64,000 nucleotides of DNA, taken from Eledone cirrhosa. Taxonomy: Eukaryota. Every line of letters begins with the position of its first letter. The stretch's first letter is position 1. Location: contig OZ024743.1 in NCBI GenBank assembly GCA_964016885.1, positions 95,418,001-95,482,000 on the forward strand. Direction: 5' to 3'. Position numbers and translations under genes: made by a program. This document shows, piece after piece, positions 14,230 through 29,100 of the stretch. Below the pieces are notes generated by a model. The model did not search any database and was not told where the DNA came from. It saw only the letters and a list, made by a program, of their open reading frames with translations.

Positions 14230-15060
14230 AACCTGGTTAAAAACATCTCCCTCCGCATATCTCGTTTGTCCGCTAATGAGCAGATATTCGAGGAACATGC
14301 GCCTTATTACAGCCAGGCCCTCAAGCGGAGTGGCTTCCGGGAGGAAATATCCTACTGTCCAGCTTCCATTAGCGGAACCAGCAGGCGACACCGCCGCCCA
14401 CGCAACGTAACATGGTTCAATCCTCCCCACAACGCCGATATATATATATCCTATCGGAGAAATCTTCTTTAGGCTCATCGAAGAACACTTCCCACTACAA
14501 CACCGCTACCACAACACAATCAACAAAAATACCATCAAACTCTCGTACAGCACCACACCCAACTTTGCACAAAACATCGTCTCCTCTAACAACAAAAAAC
14601 TCAACCCCTATGGAAGAAATAACCTAGATAGCAGTGGAGAGCCAACCAGGAGGTGTAACTGTCCTGATGGATCCATTTGCCCCCTCGACAACAGATGCAG
14701 AGATCATAATGTGATCTACCAGTGCAACGTGAGGACGGACACCTCCAACAAAGCTTATATAGGATTAACCGCTTGTGACTTCAAGACCCGGCTATACCAA
14801 CACAGACATACTTTCCGAAACCCGGCCCGGCGTCACGCCACTACACTTTCGGGCCACATCTGGGACCTCAAAGATAACAATATAACCTATAATCTCACTT
14901 GAAGCTTACTGTCCAGAGCCAACTCTTACACGGGAGGACGCCGTCCGTGTAACTTATGCTCGGAGGAAACATTACAAATGGTGTTTTCGACGGACCAAAT
15001 CCTATACAAGAAAGACGAACTGGTTGGTAACTGCATGCAAAGACAGATTGCGTAGGACTT
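14230..15060 (+). pseudogene. Penelope-like RT thumb/linker + GIY-YIG endonuclease, frameshifted
   Basis: KNISLRISRLSANEQIFEEHAPYYSQALKRSGF, RNVTWFNPP, NKNTIKLSYSTTPN, CNCPDGSICPLDNRC, VIYQCNV..AYIGLTACDFKTRLYQHRHTF..TTLSGHIWDLK. Confidence 0.9.
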
Positions 15061-16016
15061 ACCTCGCCCTCAAACCACATAATGACCCGAGGGGAGGGTA
15101 GACAAGGGCTGTAACACCCCACTTGCCGACTTTGTAATTGCTAACCCCTGCTTACAAAGGTAAACGTAAGATTTTCTAATATATTTTTTATCGTTTCCTC
15201 TATAATATTTCCTTCTTCCCCCATCCCTTCCTAGTCCTTCCACCCCAGATCTCCTTCTTTGTCGTCGTTCTTTTCACCTTCTCGCCAAACCCGAGGCAGC
15301 CCTTCGGTCCTTTGTAGCCTCAGTACCCCCACCCCACCTTCTATTCTATGATAGAATTGGCCGACTCCGCTTCTTATAGCAGATGTGCTAGACCCCAGAT
15401 ACTTGCTTTCTTATCTGATTGCTGCCCCATTTCCGTGATTTCTAGATTTCTTAGTGGTATCTCTGCTTTAGTTTCTCGTATATCAGTATTTATTTTTTTT
15501 GGGTGGTGGTGGGGGATTCTGAATTAATTTTTCGTATTAAATTTTTCATATATATCGTACGAGCATTTATGTAGTTTGCATTAGAATTTATGTATTGTAG
15601 CGGTACTCATATATATTGTATTAGTATTCATTTTCGGGATTCTGAGTTAATATTTCGTATAAGTTTCGGGGCTCTGAATTATTATTTCGTATTAGTTTTT
15701 TGTTTTTTTTTAGTATTTTGGCCCCCTACTTGTTGACCTGTCATTGTAAGATAGATTTGGCCGATTACTACTAACTCATAACATTCTTTCACCTCCCTCT
15801 CCCTAGTATACTTCTCTTGACACCTTATCCTTAGGATTCTGCTGTAGTTGTCACTTTCAACGCACGACTGGGTTTCCTCCACTCCCTCTCCCTCTTTCTT
15901 CTACTGGCAAGTTCAGCTACCCCTTCCTTCCACAAAATGCCATGATAGAATTATATGTCTCAACAACAAACTTTTGACCCATCCTTGTGAAAATCACTTT
16001 TACCATATATGGAATT

Positions 16017-16112
16017 ACCTCCTGAGAAGCTCGGCTATTCATGTACCAGGATAAGAATTTTCATTTAGTCCAGAATTAGCCGTCGAAACGGCTTGAGCTC
16101 AGCCGTCGGGAT
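16017..16112 (+). ncRNA. large hammerhead-like fold in the family A pLTR (mirror copy ~13449-13546, minus)
   Basis: acctc-CTGAGAA-gctcggcta...tagccgtc-GAAA-cggct tgagctc agccGTC-ggga/ggggt; closed stem III, atypical core. Confidence 0.55.
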
Positions 16113-16203
16113 CTTACTCGTTCCTATTACCCACTCTACTACCCTAAGTATTGAGTACTTTGGTGCGTTATGGTCCATCTGGTTCCTTACCACATTTCCT
16201 TCG

Positions 16204-16245
<42 letters not shown>

Positions 16246-16334
16246 TGGTAAAAGGAAAAGAAAATGCTGACAAATTGTTCCCAGTGAAAAATATTTTAAT
16301 TAGTAATAAGTATATTGGTTAGTATTCAGTTTGG

Positions 16335-16410
<76 letters not shown>

Positions 16411-16678
16411 CATATATATATATAGGTTCATATTCTGTGGTGACAGTCAAGTTTGCAAATTTCAAGAGTTGAAAATTGCAAACTTAACTGTCACCACAGA
16501 ATATGAACCTGAAGATTCCGAAAGCATGAAAGTACTTGTTCAATTAACACTTAACATTTTTTTATATTCTACCATACTATTTCATTCTAATACCATTATA
16601 CATTTTAAAGGATTGTAAATAAAACGAGTAAATCATACAAAGTTGGAATTCCTTTTATTAATATATATATATATATAT

Positions 16679-16893
16679 AGGAAAATGTATGACGCCGACG
16701 GCAGAGCTTAAGCCGTTTCGACGGCTATTTCTGGACTGAAAATACATTTATTTCAGTCCAGAAATAGCCGTCGAAACGGCTTGAGTTCTGCCGTCGAGGT
16801 CATACATTTTCCTATTACCCACTCTACTACCCTAAGTATTGAGTACTCTGGTACGTTATGGTCTATCTGGTTCCTTACTACAACTCCTTCGTT
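16679..16893 (+). mobile_element. family A hairpin+tail remnant in (TA)n
   Basis: inverted arms 16680-16744/16750-16812 followed by the family A 3' tail. Confidence 0.9.
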
Positions 16894-17249
16894 ATATATA
16901 TATATATGTATATACACACACACACCATACATTTAAAACAGGTGCAATCATACACCTCTACAAGGTTACAAGAACATCCCTACAACATCGTATGTCATCT
17001 CACATACCGCACCACCAATGCAAACATTAAATACAAGATAGGTTGTATAAGGGAATAGAAACACGATAAGTAGATAGTTAAATGAATAAATGGACGTAAG
17101 TATAAACAAAATAAATGGTGAAATAAATGTGTGAATATTAGATAAATAAATAAATATAGATGCTAATCGGGTAAAGAACAAAACTACAGTTACGAAAGGG
17201 TTGCTGGTTGATGGAGTCAGAAAGATTAAAGTGCTGATAATCCTATGTG

Positions 17250-17900
17250 TTTAATGGAAGGATAAAATATTTCTTTCAGTGAAACCATTAAGGGGGTTAT
17301 CTTTAGTGTAGTGGATTTACAATCTTTCTGTAGTTCATGGGTTGTATGGTTTGCATGTATCATTGTACGTTCTAACGCTAGATAAGACTTTCTGCTTGAG
17401 ATTGTATACTACGACTTAGCTTTTTGATCATCCTTGTAGCTAGCTATTAAAATTTCAATCGAAATATTAGGGCGCCTATAACTGAGTGTGTGAGTCATGC
17501 ATAGATTTAAGCATCAATTTTATGTAGGTTTTAGGAGAAACATTGCTATTGACTGTACATTTCAAGACTATATCCTTACCTAAGTAATTGTAGTATTTGA
17601 TAAATGCGTACATTTCTGGAGTCGTTGAGTCTGCGGAGGCTGGATGCAAGTACATTCTGTTCAAATTTAGGAGGAGTAGAATACATGGTATTAATGACAA
17701 TTTGGTTCAGTATTCTATGGTATGGTGTGAACTGAAATGTTTTCTATGTAAAGAGAAAATGATTTTGGTGACATGAGTAGATACTAAGGATGTGATAATC
17801 TATTTCTGATGTTCCTTCAGTGTCTTTCTTGTCTAGATTTGGATTCTATGCTGGGGATATGTTTTCTTTATATTCGCTTCTAGAGAGTACATCGTTATAC
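17250..17900 (-). pseudogene. degraded Penelope-like linker + GIY-YIG remnant
   Basis: frameshifted pieces HTIP/YHRILNQ..YSTPP and LGKDIVLKCTVNSNVSPKTYI align by eye to the 14.5-14.8 kb protein. Confidence 0.55.
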
Positions 17901-18306
17901 CGAGGCCCTGAATTAGTGCCAATATTTCAGAATGGAAAAATAAAATGTAGTAAAGTATTAAAGATTTATAAAACTGAAGGTGTGGTTGTTAAAAGATAGA
18001 CAGTGGTGTTTCGTCTACCAAACAGTCGAGTATCTAGGCGTAAATTATCAAACATTTACTCCCATGTTTAAGATGGTATGCTGTCATCCTAAGACGATTC
18101 TACTGCAATTTCTAGCATTATGCTTAAAGTAACCATTACTGACGTTTTCAGAATGGATCGGAAATGTATAAACTTTACGTTTCGGTACCACGTGGAATCG
18201 AGTTCAGTTTCTCTTTGTAACACTTCAACTGTCTTCTTCTATAACGTCGGGTACAGCAATGTCTTGTGAGTGAAATTTGATGCACGGATACTATGTAGAA
18301 GCGCGT

Positions 18307-18475
<169 letters not shown>

Positions 18476-18814
18476 GTGTGTGGGGAGGGGGATGTTCTGT
18501 TTTCTTTATATTATCCTTTTCTTTCAGTTTGGCCCATCCTGTGGATCGTATGGACACTATCGAGCTCGACTTACTTGTTAATCGATAGATTAAATTGTAT
18601 CTTTTCTTATGGAATGTTGTTGTTTTTTCCGTCTTGTACTTCAATCCTTAGCAACTAATTTATATTAGCAGCTAGAGCACTGGATGAACGATCAATTAGC
18701 ATGAAAACCTAAATTGTGATGATTCCTACCGGATGGCTGGTGAAAAAAGAGATGTTTTTGTTTGTTTTTGCTCCGATTTTCCAGTGTATGTTGCTTTCGT
18801 CTTTGCTCAGATCT

Positions 18815-18892
<78 letters not shown>

Positions 18893-18895
<3 letters not shown>

Positions 18896-19015
18896 GAAGG
18901 CGTGTGGCTGAGTGGTTAGAGTATTGGATTCGCAATTGTGAGATTGTGAGTTTGATTCCCGGACCGGGCAATGCGTTATGTCCCTGAGCAAGACACTTTA
19001 TTTCACGTTGCTCCT
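18893..19015 (+). mobile_element. tRNA-derived SINE (family S2) 5' part with CORE/Meta-like central domain
   Basis: A-box tggctgagtggt, B-box gtttgattccc, then tgtccctgagcaagacacttta. Confidence 0.8.
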
Positions 19016-19463
19016 TCTACCTGGAGTTGCGACCGATAGATAGTATTAGCAACTGGAAAGACCAATGGAAACACTCTACCCTCGGTCCGATTTGACGAAA
19101 GTCGATCCTTCCTGATATCTATATACCATCTAAAATTAATATTTATTCGTGTGGTGATTTACCTATCGATTTAGTCATATATTTATAATATAAAATCCAC
19201 TTATTTGCTTGATTAGTTCTATGACCTATTTTACTATCTATTTCAAATTCAAATTTTAAAATAGTTAAGTTAAAAGATAATAGCTGAACCGATGCGGTAA
19301 TAGCATGTAAACTTAATTAATCCAAAATATCTCACTTATCCATCATATTAATCAATATTGTAATACTCATTTTTTTTTTCGAATATTTTCTGTATGCAAA
19401 GCAAGACATCACTTTAGGATCATCAACAATTTTTAGATTTAGTTTACGCATTATTTTATTCTT

Positions 19464-19632
19464 GGCAGTATCGGTAGAGTGTCCGACATCATGCTTTTCA
19501 GTATAGAGTTATGACCGTTCATGATCTGAGTTCAAATCCCGACGAGATTAACTTTGCCTTTCATCCTTCGATAAAATAAAGTACCAGTAATGCACTGGAG
19601 TAATTGCTGGGCTTGTGCCAAAAGTGGAAACA
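19464..19632 (+). mobile_element. SINE S1 with 14-bp TSD
   Basis: TSD attattttattctt at 19450-19463 and 19633-19646. Confidence 0.9.
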
Positions 19633-19818
19633 ATTATTTTATTCTTAATACACTGATTACGTAATTCTATTTTGTCATTATACCATGGTAAATTTTAAAA
19701 ATATTATTACGTAAAGTAATATAACCACCCGGGGGTATGCTGGAACAGTGGACAGTTTCGGGGTTAGTCTCTGATAAGGGCACCAAATCTAAAAGACACG
19801 AGTCAGGAGTCAAATAAT

Positions 19819-20001
19819 TGTTTCTACTTTTGGCACAAGGCCAGCAATTATCCAGTGCATTACTGGTACTTTATTTTATCGACCACGTAAGGATGAAAGG
19901 CAAAGTTAACCTCGACGGGATTTGAACTCAGACCGTAAAGGGCCGTAACTCTTTGCTGCAAAGCATGGCGTCCGACCCTCTACTGATACTGCCAATCCAC
20001 T
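19819..20001 (-). mobile_element. SINE S1 with 10-bp TSD
   Basis: reverse complement of S1; TSD gtcaaataat at 19809-19818 and 20002-20011. Confidence 0.88.
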
Positions 20002-20633
20002 GTCAAATAATAAATAAGAAATCTACTAGTCAAATAATAAACGTTCCACCTACATATCACAAACAATATCTCATCTCTGCCACCATTAAAAATCAAAGCA
20101 CATGAGCGAGATAAATACAAAATATATGCAGAAAATTAGAATATTAGCTTCTAGAACATTAACTCATGTCAAGAAAATTCGTCAATAGGCGCGGCGCACT
20201 AACAAATTAATCAAAACACGCTAAGCCTATCTAACTATAAGTCCTACCATTGAATCATTTTTCCTCCTGACTATCCTGCAATCAAGTATAGTTACACACT
20301 CTCTTCTATCAAAGACGCTTTCGTTTTTCGGGTTGTAGCCATCCACTAATATATTATAAATTTCGTTGGCTGATTTATCATTTATCATGATTTATATTAT
20401 ATTTTATATATTATATTTTTTATCCAATCCTTTAGTATTGCCTTACATATTCTTGCATGCTGGCATAAAACAGGTGTTCAAACGAATTTACTCATTACGT
20501 TTTACGGAAGTATATTCCTGAAGATGTGTTTCGTCAAACAGAAACTTATGCAAACTATAATTGTGTGAGAATTGCATAAATTCGAGTGCGAAACTGAATG
20601 AAAAGTAATTATCATTATTCCATGTTATTGTGA

Positions 20634-20822
<189 letters not shown>

Positions 20823-21050
20823 GTTTATCCCGGGTATAATCGGGGGTAACCACAGTAAGTAAGACAGAGACAATAAGTAACCAAGAGTGACCCTGTCTAT
20901 AGAATTTGTATACCTTTGTTATTGTAAATATAGTTTTTAAAGAATTCCCTTTTCTTTCAACCCATCAACCAATGACCTCCACCCATCCCAATCACCACCC
21001 TCTCCTACCACCAGAAAATATATAAATACCGCCATATTACTTGGGCAGCT

Positions 21051-21099
21051 GCTTCCTGGTGATTTCTACCGAATGAAACAGTTCTAGTCCCGTAGAAGC
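21051..21099 (+). ncRNA. hammerhead fold in Penelope-type family B
   Basis: gcttc-CTGGTGA-tttctaccgaat-GAAA-cag ttctagtc c(c/t)GTA-gaagc; intact CTGATGA core in the minus-strand copy at 42866-42911. Confidence 0.65.
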
Positions 21100-21610
21100 C
21101 TTTCTATATTATATATTTATATATAACAATATTTTACTCAATTGCTTAATATACTAATAGCTAAGTGGAATACAAATTAAGATGATGTAATGAAACTGAA
21201 TTAGGAATAACTCCAGCCAGATGTATATAAATAATTATAAAACATATGCCAGGGATACGAGCGTGTCTGTGGTAACCGTGTGTATATTAGGAATAAAAGA
21301 TAAACCTTTTGGTCCGGAGGGTAAATAAATGATATTTGATTTAAAATGTGTTGTCCACACTCATGAGACAGTCTGCAAAAATGACGAAGTATAAATATTT
21401 TTAAATGTCAGTAAATTCACTTTTCTTAGAGTAGACAATCCAGTGAAAAACCTATCAATCAGTTTAGGATAATACAATAACAGGAGCTAAAAAATTATGA
21501 ATATTTTTAAAAGTACGACATGAATTTATTGTCTTTTGCAGAATTCTTTGCGCATAGACATTCTGCAGCAAACTGCATCAAGTTCACTATTAACCTACAC
21601 ATACATACAT

Positions 21611-22216
21611 GGTGGCTGCCAACTCGTTTTCGAGTACGGCCATTACTTTATATCCATGTAGGAGAACCCCTACCGATGCGCTGAACGAGTGTGACTTTTT
21701 AGTCCAGCCAGCGACTTGAAAACTCTGGTACAAACACTACACTTGTGACAATTATTGACACATAGTGCTGGGCCCATGGTACCATGTGACGACAAGTGCA
21801 GTGATCTCCAGATATAAAGCAATGCCTGTGCCGTGAAGCTTTTATAGTGAGCAAAGGCACTGCACATAGCCAGTCCCACTCTCTTAAACAAGATGATATT
21901 TACCAAAAAGAAGAACAAGTCAACATCATTGGATACCATCAGGGTTGCAGGTGTTATATCAGAGTTTTCCTTCTCCTAGAATTCTGCCTTAACAAAGGCT
22001 AAGGGGTCATCTCTCCCGGTGATTTTGGATGGCCATTGACTCTTAAGAGCTCCTTTGCCCTTTGACAGGTTTTGTTTTTAGTCCTGCGGCATGTCCAAAG
22101 TCACCCTCCTCACCAAGAAACCTTGGTAGGGTTGCCAGTTTAGTCGCCAACGACCCGACCATAGGACAGGTTGTACTGGGATACATGTTACCAGTAGCAC
22201 CAACTGGTGACCTGAC
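21611..22216 (-). mobile_element. ~600-bp non-autonomous RTE-like element (family E), copy 1
   Basis: C2H2 remnant CSVCTRVFKSLAGLKSHTRSAH, 3' hairpin actcg-aaaa-cgagt, (TATG)n tail; 4 other copies in window. Confidence 0.8.
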
Positions 22217-22223
22217 ACAAGTG

Positions 22224-22287
<64 letters not shown>

Positions 22288-22288
<1 letters not shown>

Positions 22289-22422
22289 AGTAGTAACACA
22301 ACAGTTAGTTCACCATACGATGTTCTCGGTATAGTGAACTAACTGTTGTGTTACTACTTCTACCAAACTCGTCCCATGGACTGAGTGCTCTACCATTACG
22401 GATATTACCTTCCAATGTTCTA
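22288..22422 (+). mobile_element. family F hairpin+tail remnant
   Basis: arms 22288-22318/22329-22359 plus tail matching 5342-5404 in reverse complement. Confidence 0.85.
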
Positions 22423-22424
22423 CC

Positions 22425-22539
<115 letters not shown>

Positions 22540-22611
22540 CAAAGAAATTGTGGTAAGGAACCAAATGGACCATAACGCACCAGAGTACTCGATACTTAGG
22601 GTAGTAGAGTG
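22540..22611 (-). mobile_element. family A 3' tail only, in (TA)n
   Basis: reverse complement of cactctactaccctaagta...ccttaccac. Confidence 0.85.
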
Positions 22612-22679
<68 letters not shown>

Positions 22680-22695
22680 CACACACACAAATATG

Positions 22696-22747
<52 letters not shown>

Positions 22748-23126
22748 TGTTTTAAACACATATTAGATTATGTGTTTAAAAAACCGTTGTGTTTCAAACA
22801 TTTAGTGAATAAGCACACAATACTGACGGATAGCGTGTAGAAAAGTGGCTTAGAGGTTTCAGCTTAGGCGCTTCATCTAACTGCATTCTGTGGAGTCCTT
22901 GAATCCCTTATATATCTTTATGCTGATCAACGAAGAGGTAGCAGGGTTAAATAATTGGTGATTGGTTGTCATATGGGTGTGTCTTTGTGTTGATAAGTTT
23001 GATGATTCATTTGTCTAAATTGGAGGATTTGAATGCATGTGGTTGTGTATATAGACGACGTTTACCTTTCATACTCTCGCCGGTCAATAAATGTGAAAGC
23101 AACCCAGAACAGTGGTCAACTCTCCT

Positions 23127-26100
23127 TGTCACATTCTCTCACTCTCTATTTCCACTGACACATACTCTCACTCTCTATTTCCACTGTCTCATTCTCTCAC
23201 TCTCTATTTCCACTGTCACATTCTCTCACTCTCTATTTCCACTGTCACATACACTCACTCTCTATTTCCACTGTCACATAATCTCACTCTCTATTTCCAC
23301 TGTCACATTCTCTCACTCTCTATTACCACTGTCACATTCTCTCACTCTCTATTTCCACTGTCTCATTCTCTCACCCTCTATTTCCGCTGTCACATTCTCT
23401 CACTCTCTATTTCCACTGTCACATTCTCTCACTCTCTATTTCCACTGTCACATTCTCTCACTCTCTATTTCCACTGTCACATACTCTCACTCTCTATTTC
23501 CACTGTCACATACTCTCACTCTCTATTTCCACTGTCACATTCTCTCACTCTCTATTACCACTGTCACATTCTCTCACTCTCTATTTCCACTGTCTCATTC
23601 TCTCACTCTCTATTTCCACTGTCACATTCTCTCACCCTCTATTTCCACTGTCACATTCTCTCACTCTCTATTTCCACTGTCACATACTCTCACTATCTAT
23701 TTCCACTGTCATATTATTCTCTCACTCTCTATTTCCACTGTCTCATTCTCTCACCCTCTATTTCCACTGTCACATTCTCTCACCCTCTATTTCCACTGTC
23801 ACATACACTCACTCTCTATTTCCACTGTCACATACTCTCACTCTCTATTTCCACTGTCACATTCTCTCACTCTCTATTTCCACTGTCTCATTCTCTCACT
23901 CTCTATTTCCACTGTCACATTCTCTCACTCTCTATTTCCACTGTCACATTCTCTCACTCTCTATTTCCACTGTCACATTGTCTCACGCTCTATTACTACT
24001 GTCACATTCTCTCACCCTCTATTTCCACTGTCTCATTCTCTCACCCTCTATTTCCACTGTCACATTCTCTCACTCTCTATTTCCACTGTCACATACTCTC
24101 ACTCTCTATTTCCACTGTCACATTCTCTCACCCTCTATTTCCACTGTCTCGTTCTCTCACTCTCTATTTCCACTGTCACATTCTCTCACTCTATATTTCC
24201 ACTGTCACATTCTCTCACCCTCTATTTCCACTGTCACATACTCTCACTCTCTATTTCCACTGTCACATTCTCTCACTCTCTATTACCACTGTCACATTCT
24301 CTCACTCTCTATTTCCACTGTCTCATTCTCTCACTCTCTATTTCCACTGTCACATTCTCTCACTCTATATTTCCACTGTCACATTCTCTCACCCTCTATT
24401 TCCACTGTCACATTCTCTCACTCTCTATTTCCACTGTCACATACTCTCACTCTCTATTTCCACTGTCACATTCTCTCACCCTCTATTTCCACTGTCTCAT
24501 TCTCTCACTCTCTATTTCCACTGTCACATTCTCTCACTCTCTATTTCCACTGTCACATACTCTCACCCTCTATTTCCACTGTCACATACTCTCACTCTCT
24601 ATTTCCACTGTCACATACTCTCACCCTCTATTTCCACTGTCACATTCTCTCACCCTCTATTTCCACTGTCACGTTGTCTCACTCTCTATTTCCACTGTCA
24701 CATACTCTCACTCTCTATTTCTACTGTCACATTTTCTCACCCTCTATTTCCACTGTCACATTCTCTCACTCTCTATTTCCACTGTCTCATTCTCTCACCC
24801 TCTATTTCCACTGTCACCTACTCTCACTCTCTATTTCCACTGTCACATTCTCTCACTCTCTATTACCACTGTCTCATTCTCTCACCCTCTATTTCCACTG
24901 TCACATACTCTCACTCTCTATTACCACTGTCACATTCTCTCACTCTCTATTTCCACTGTCACATTCTCTCACTCTCTATTTCCACTGTCACATACTCTCA
25001 CCCTCTATTTCCACTGTCACATACTCTCACTCTCTATTTCCACTGTCACATTCTCTCACCCTCTATTTCCACTGTCACCTACTCTCACTCTCTATTTCCA
25101 CTGTCACATTCTCTCACTCTCTATTACCACTGTCTCATTCTCTGACCCTCTATTTCCACTGTCACATACTCTCACTCTCTATTACCACTGTCACATTCTC
25201 TCACTCTCTATTTCCACTGTCACATTCTCTCACTCTCTATTTCCACTGTCACATACTCTCACCCTCTATTTCCACTGTCACATACTCTCACTCTCTATTT
25301 CCACTGTCACATTCTCTCACCCTCTATTTCCACTGTCACCTACTCTCACTCTATTTCCACTGTCACATTCTCTCACTCTCTATTACCACTGTCTCATTCT
25401 CTCACCCTCTATTTCCACTGTCACATACTCTCACTCTCTATTACCACTGTCACATTCTCTCACTCTCTATTTCCACTGTCACATTCTCTCACTCTCTATT
25501 ACCACTGTCTCATACTCTCACCCTCTATTTCCACTGTCACATACTCTCACTCTCTATTTCCACTGTCACATACTCTCACCCTCTATTTCCACTGTCACAT
25601 TCTCTCACCCTCTATTTTCACTATCACGTTGTCTCACTCTCTATTTCCACTGTCACATACTCTCACTCTCTATTTCCACTGTCACATTCTCTCACCCTCT
25701 ATTTCCACTGTCACATTCTCTCACTCTCTATTTCCACTGTCACATTCTCTCACCCTCTATTTCCACTGTCACATACTCTCACTCTCTATTTCCACTGTCA
25801 CATTCTCTCACTCTTTATTACCACTGTCTCATTCTCTCACTCTCTATTTCCACTGTCACATACTCTCACTCTCTATTACCACTGTCACATTCTCTCACTC
25901 TCTATTTCCACTGTCACATTCTCTCACTCTCTATTTCCACTGTCACATACTCTCACTCTTTTTTTCCACTGTCACATTCTCTCACCCTCTATTTCCACTG
26001 TCTCATTCTCTCACTCTATATTTCCACTGTCACATTCTCTCACTCTCTATTTCCACTGTCACATACACTCACTCTCTATTTCCACTGTCACATACTCTCA

Positions 26101-29100
26101 CTCTCTATTTCCACTGTCACATTCTCTCACTCTCTATTACCACTGTCACATTCTCTCACTCTCTATTTCCACTGTCTCATTCTCTCACCCTCTATTTCCA
26201 CTGTCACATTCTCTCACTCTCTATTTCCACTGTCACATTCTCTCACTCTCTATTTCCACTGTCACATTCTCTCACTCTCTATTTCCACTGTCACATACTC
26301 TCACTCTCTATTTCCACTGTCACATACTCTCACTTTCTATTTCCACTGTCACATTCTCTCACTCTCTATTACCACTGTCACATTCTCTCACTCTCTATTT
26401 CCACTGTCTCATTCTCTCACTCTCTATTTCCACTGTCACATTCTCTCACCCTCTATTTCCACTGTCACATTCTCTCACTCTCTATTTCCACTGTCACATA
26501 CTCTCACTCTCTATTTCCACTGTCATATTCTCTCACTCTCTATTTCCACTGTCTCATTCTCTCACCCTCTATTTCCACTGTCACATTCTCTCACCCTCTA
26601 TTTCCACTGTCACATACTCTCACTCTCTATTTCCACTGTCACATACTCTCACTCTCTATTTCCACTGTCACATTCTCTCACTCTCTATTTCCACTGTCTC
26701 ATTCTCTCACTCTCTATTTCCACTGTAACATTCTCTCACTCTCTATTTCCACTGTCACATTCTCTCACTCTCTATTTCCACTGTCACATTCTCTCACGCT
26801 CTATTTCTACTGTCACAGTCTCTCACCCTCTATTTCCACTGTCTCATTCTCTCACCCTCTATTTCCACTGTCACATTCTCTCACTCTCTATTTCCACTGT
26901 CACATACTCTCACTCTCTATTTCCACTGTCACATTCTCTCACCCTCTATTTCCACTGTCTCATTCTCTCACTCTCTATTTCCACTGTCACATTCTCTCAC
27001 TCTATATTTCCACTGTCACATTCTCTCACCCTCTATTTCCACTGTCACATACTCTCACTCTCTATTTCCACTGTCACATTCTCTCACTCTCTATTACCAC
27101 TGTCACATTCTCTCACTCTCTATTTCCACTGTCTCATTCTCTCACCCTCTATTTCCACTGTCACATTCCCTCACTCTCTATTTCCACTGTCACATACTCT
27201 CACTCTCTATTTCCACTGTCACATTCTCTCACTCTCTATTTCCACTGTCACATACTCTCACTCTCTATTTCCACTGTCATATACTCTCACTCTCTATTTC
27301 CACTGTCTCATTCTCTCACCCTCTATTTCCACTGTCACATTCTCTCACCCTCTATTTCCACTGTCTCATTCTCTCACCCTCTATTTCCACTGTCACATTC
27401 TCTCACTCTCTATTTCCACTGTCACATTCTCTCACCCTCTATTTCCACTGTCTCATTCTCTCACTCTCTATTTCCACTGTCACATTCTCTCACCCTCTAT
27501 TTCCACTGTCTCATTCTCTCACTCTCTATTTCCACTGTCACATTCTCTCACTCTCTATTTCCACTGTCACATACTCTCACCCTCTATTTCCACTGTCACA
27601 TACTCTCACTCTCTATTTCCACTGTCACATACTCTCACCCTCTATTTCCACTGTCACATTCTCTCACACTCTATTTCCACTGTCACGTTGTCTCACTCTC
27701 TATTTCCACTGTCACATACTCTCACTCTCTATTTCTACTGTCACATTTTCTCACCCTCTATTTCCACTGTCACATTCTCTCACTCTCTATTTCCACTGTC
27801 ACATTCTCTCACCCTCTATTTCCACTGTCACCTACTCTCACTCTCTATTTCCACTGTCAGGTTCTCTCACTCTCTATTACCACTGTCTCATTCTCTCACC
27901 CTCTATTTCCACTGTCACATACTCTCACTCTCTATTACCACTGTCACATTCTCTCACTCTCTATTTCCACTGTCACATTCTCTCACTCTCTATTACCACT
28001 GTCTCATTCTCTCACTCTCTATTTCCACTGTCACATACTCTCACTCTCTATTACCACTGTTACATTCTCTCACTCTCTATTTCCACTGTCACATTCTCTC
28101 ACTCTATATTTCCACTGACACATACTCTCACTCTCTATTTCCACTGTCACATTCTCTCACTCTCTATTTCCACTGTCACATTCTCTCACTCTCTATTTCC
28201 ACTGTCACATTCTCTCACCCTCTATTTCCACTGTCTCATTCTCTCACCCTCTATTTCCACTGTCACATTCTCTCACTCTCTATTTCCACTGTCACATACT
28301 CTCACTCACTATTTCCACTGTCACATTCTCTCACCCTCTATTTCCACTGTCTCATTCTCTCACTCTCTATTTCCACTGTCACATTCTCTCACTCTCTATT
28401 TCCACTGTCACATACTCTCACTCTCTATTTCCACTGTCACATACTCTCACTCTCTATTTCCACTGTCACATTCTCTCACTCTCTATTACCACTGTCACAT
28501 TCTCTCACTCTCTATTTCCACTGTCTCATTCTCTCACTCTCTATTTCCACTGTCTCATTCTCTCACCCTCTATTTCCACTGTCACATTCTCTCACCCTCT
28601 ATTTCCACTGTCACATACTCTCACTCTCTATTTCCACTGTCACATACTCTCACTCTCTATTTCCACTGTCACATTCTCTCACTCTCTATTTCCACTGTCT
28701 CATTCTCTCACTCTCTATTACCACTGTCACATTCTCTCACTCTCTATTACCACTGTCACATTCTCTCACTCTCTATTTCCACTGTCACATTCTCTCACTC
28801 TCTATTTCCACTGTCACATTCTCTCACCCTCTATTTCCACTGTCACATTCTCTCACTCTCTATTTCCACTGTCACATTATCTCACTCTCTATTACCACTG
28901 TCACATACTCTCACTCTCTATTTCCACTGTCACATTCTCTCACCCTCTATTTCCACTGGCACATACTCTCACTCTCTATTTCCACTGTCACATTCTCTCA
29001 CTCTCTATTTCCACTGTCACATTCTCTCACTCTCTATTCCACTGTCACATTCTCTCACTCTCTATTTCCACTGTCACATACTCTCACTCTCTATTTCCAC

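Larger units (their letters stand above)
13438..16205 (+). mobile_element. 5'-truncated Penelope-like element (family A) with inverted pseudo-LTR, between (TA)n tracts
   Basis: 13438-13795 is the reverse complement of pLTR sequence at 14015-14229 and 15793-16125; GIY-YIG coding remnant in the middle. Confidence 0.9.

Noticed and set aside
18893-18965. tRNA gene
   Set aside because: A/B boxes are present but no cloverleaf is seen and the sequence continues into a SINE body.
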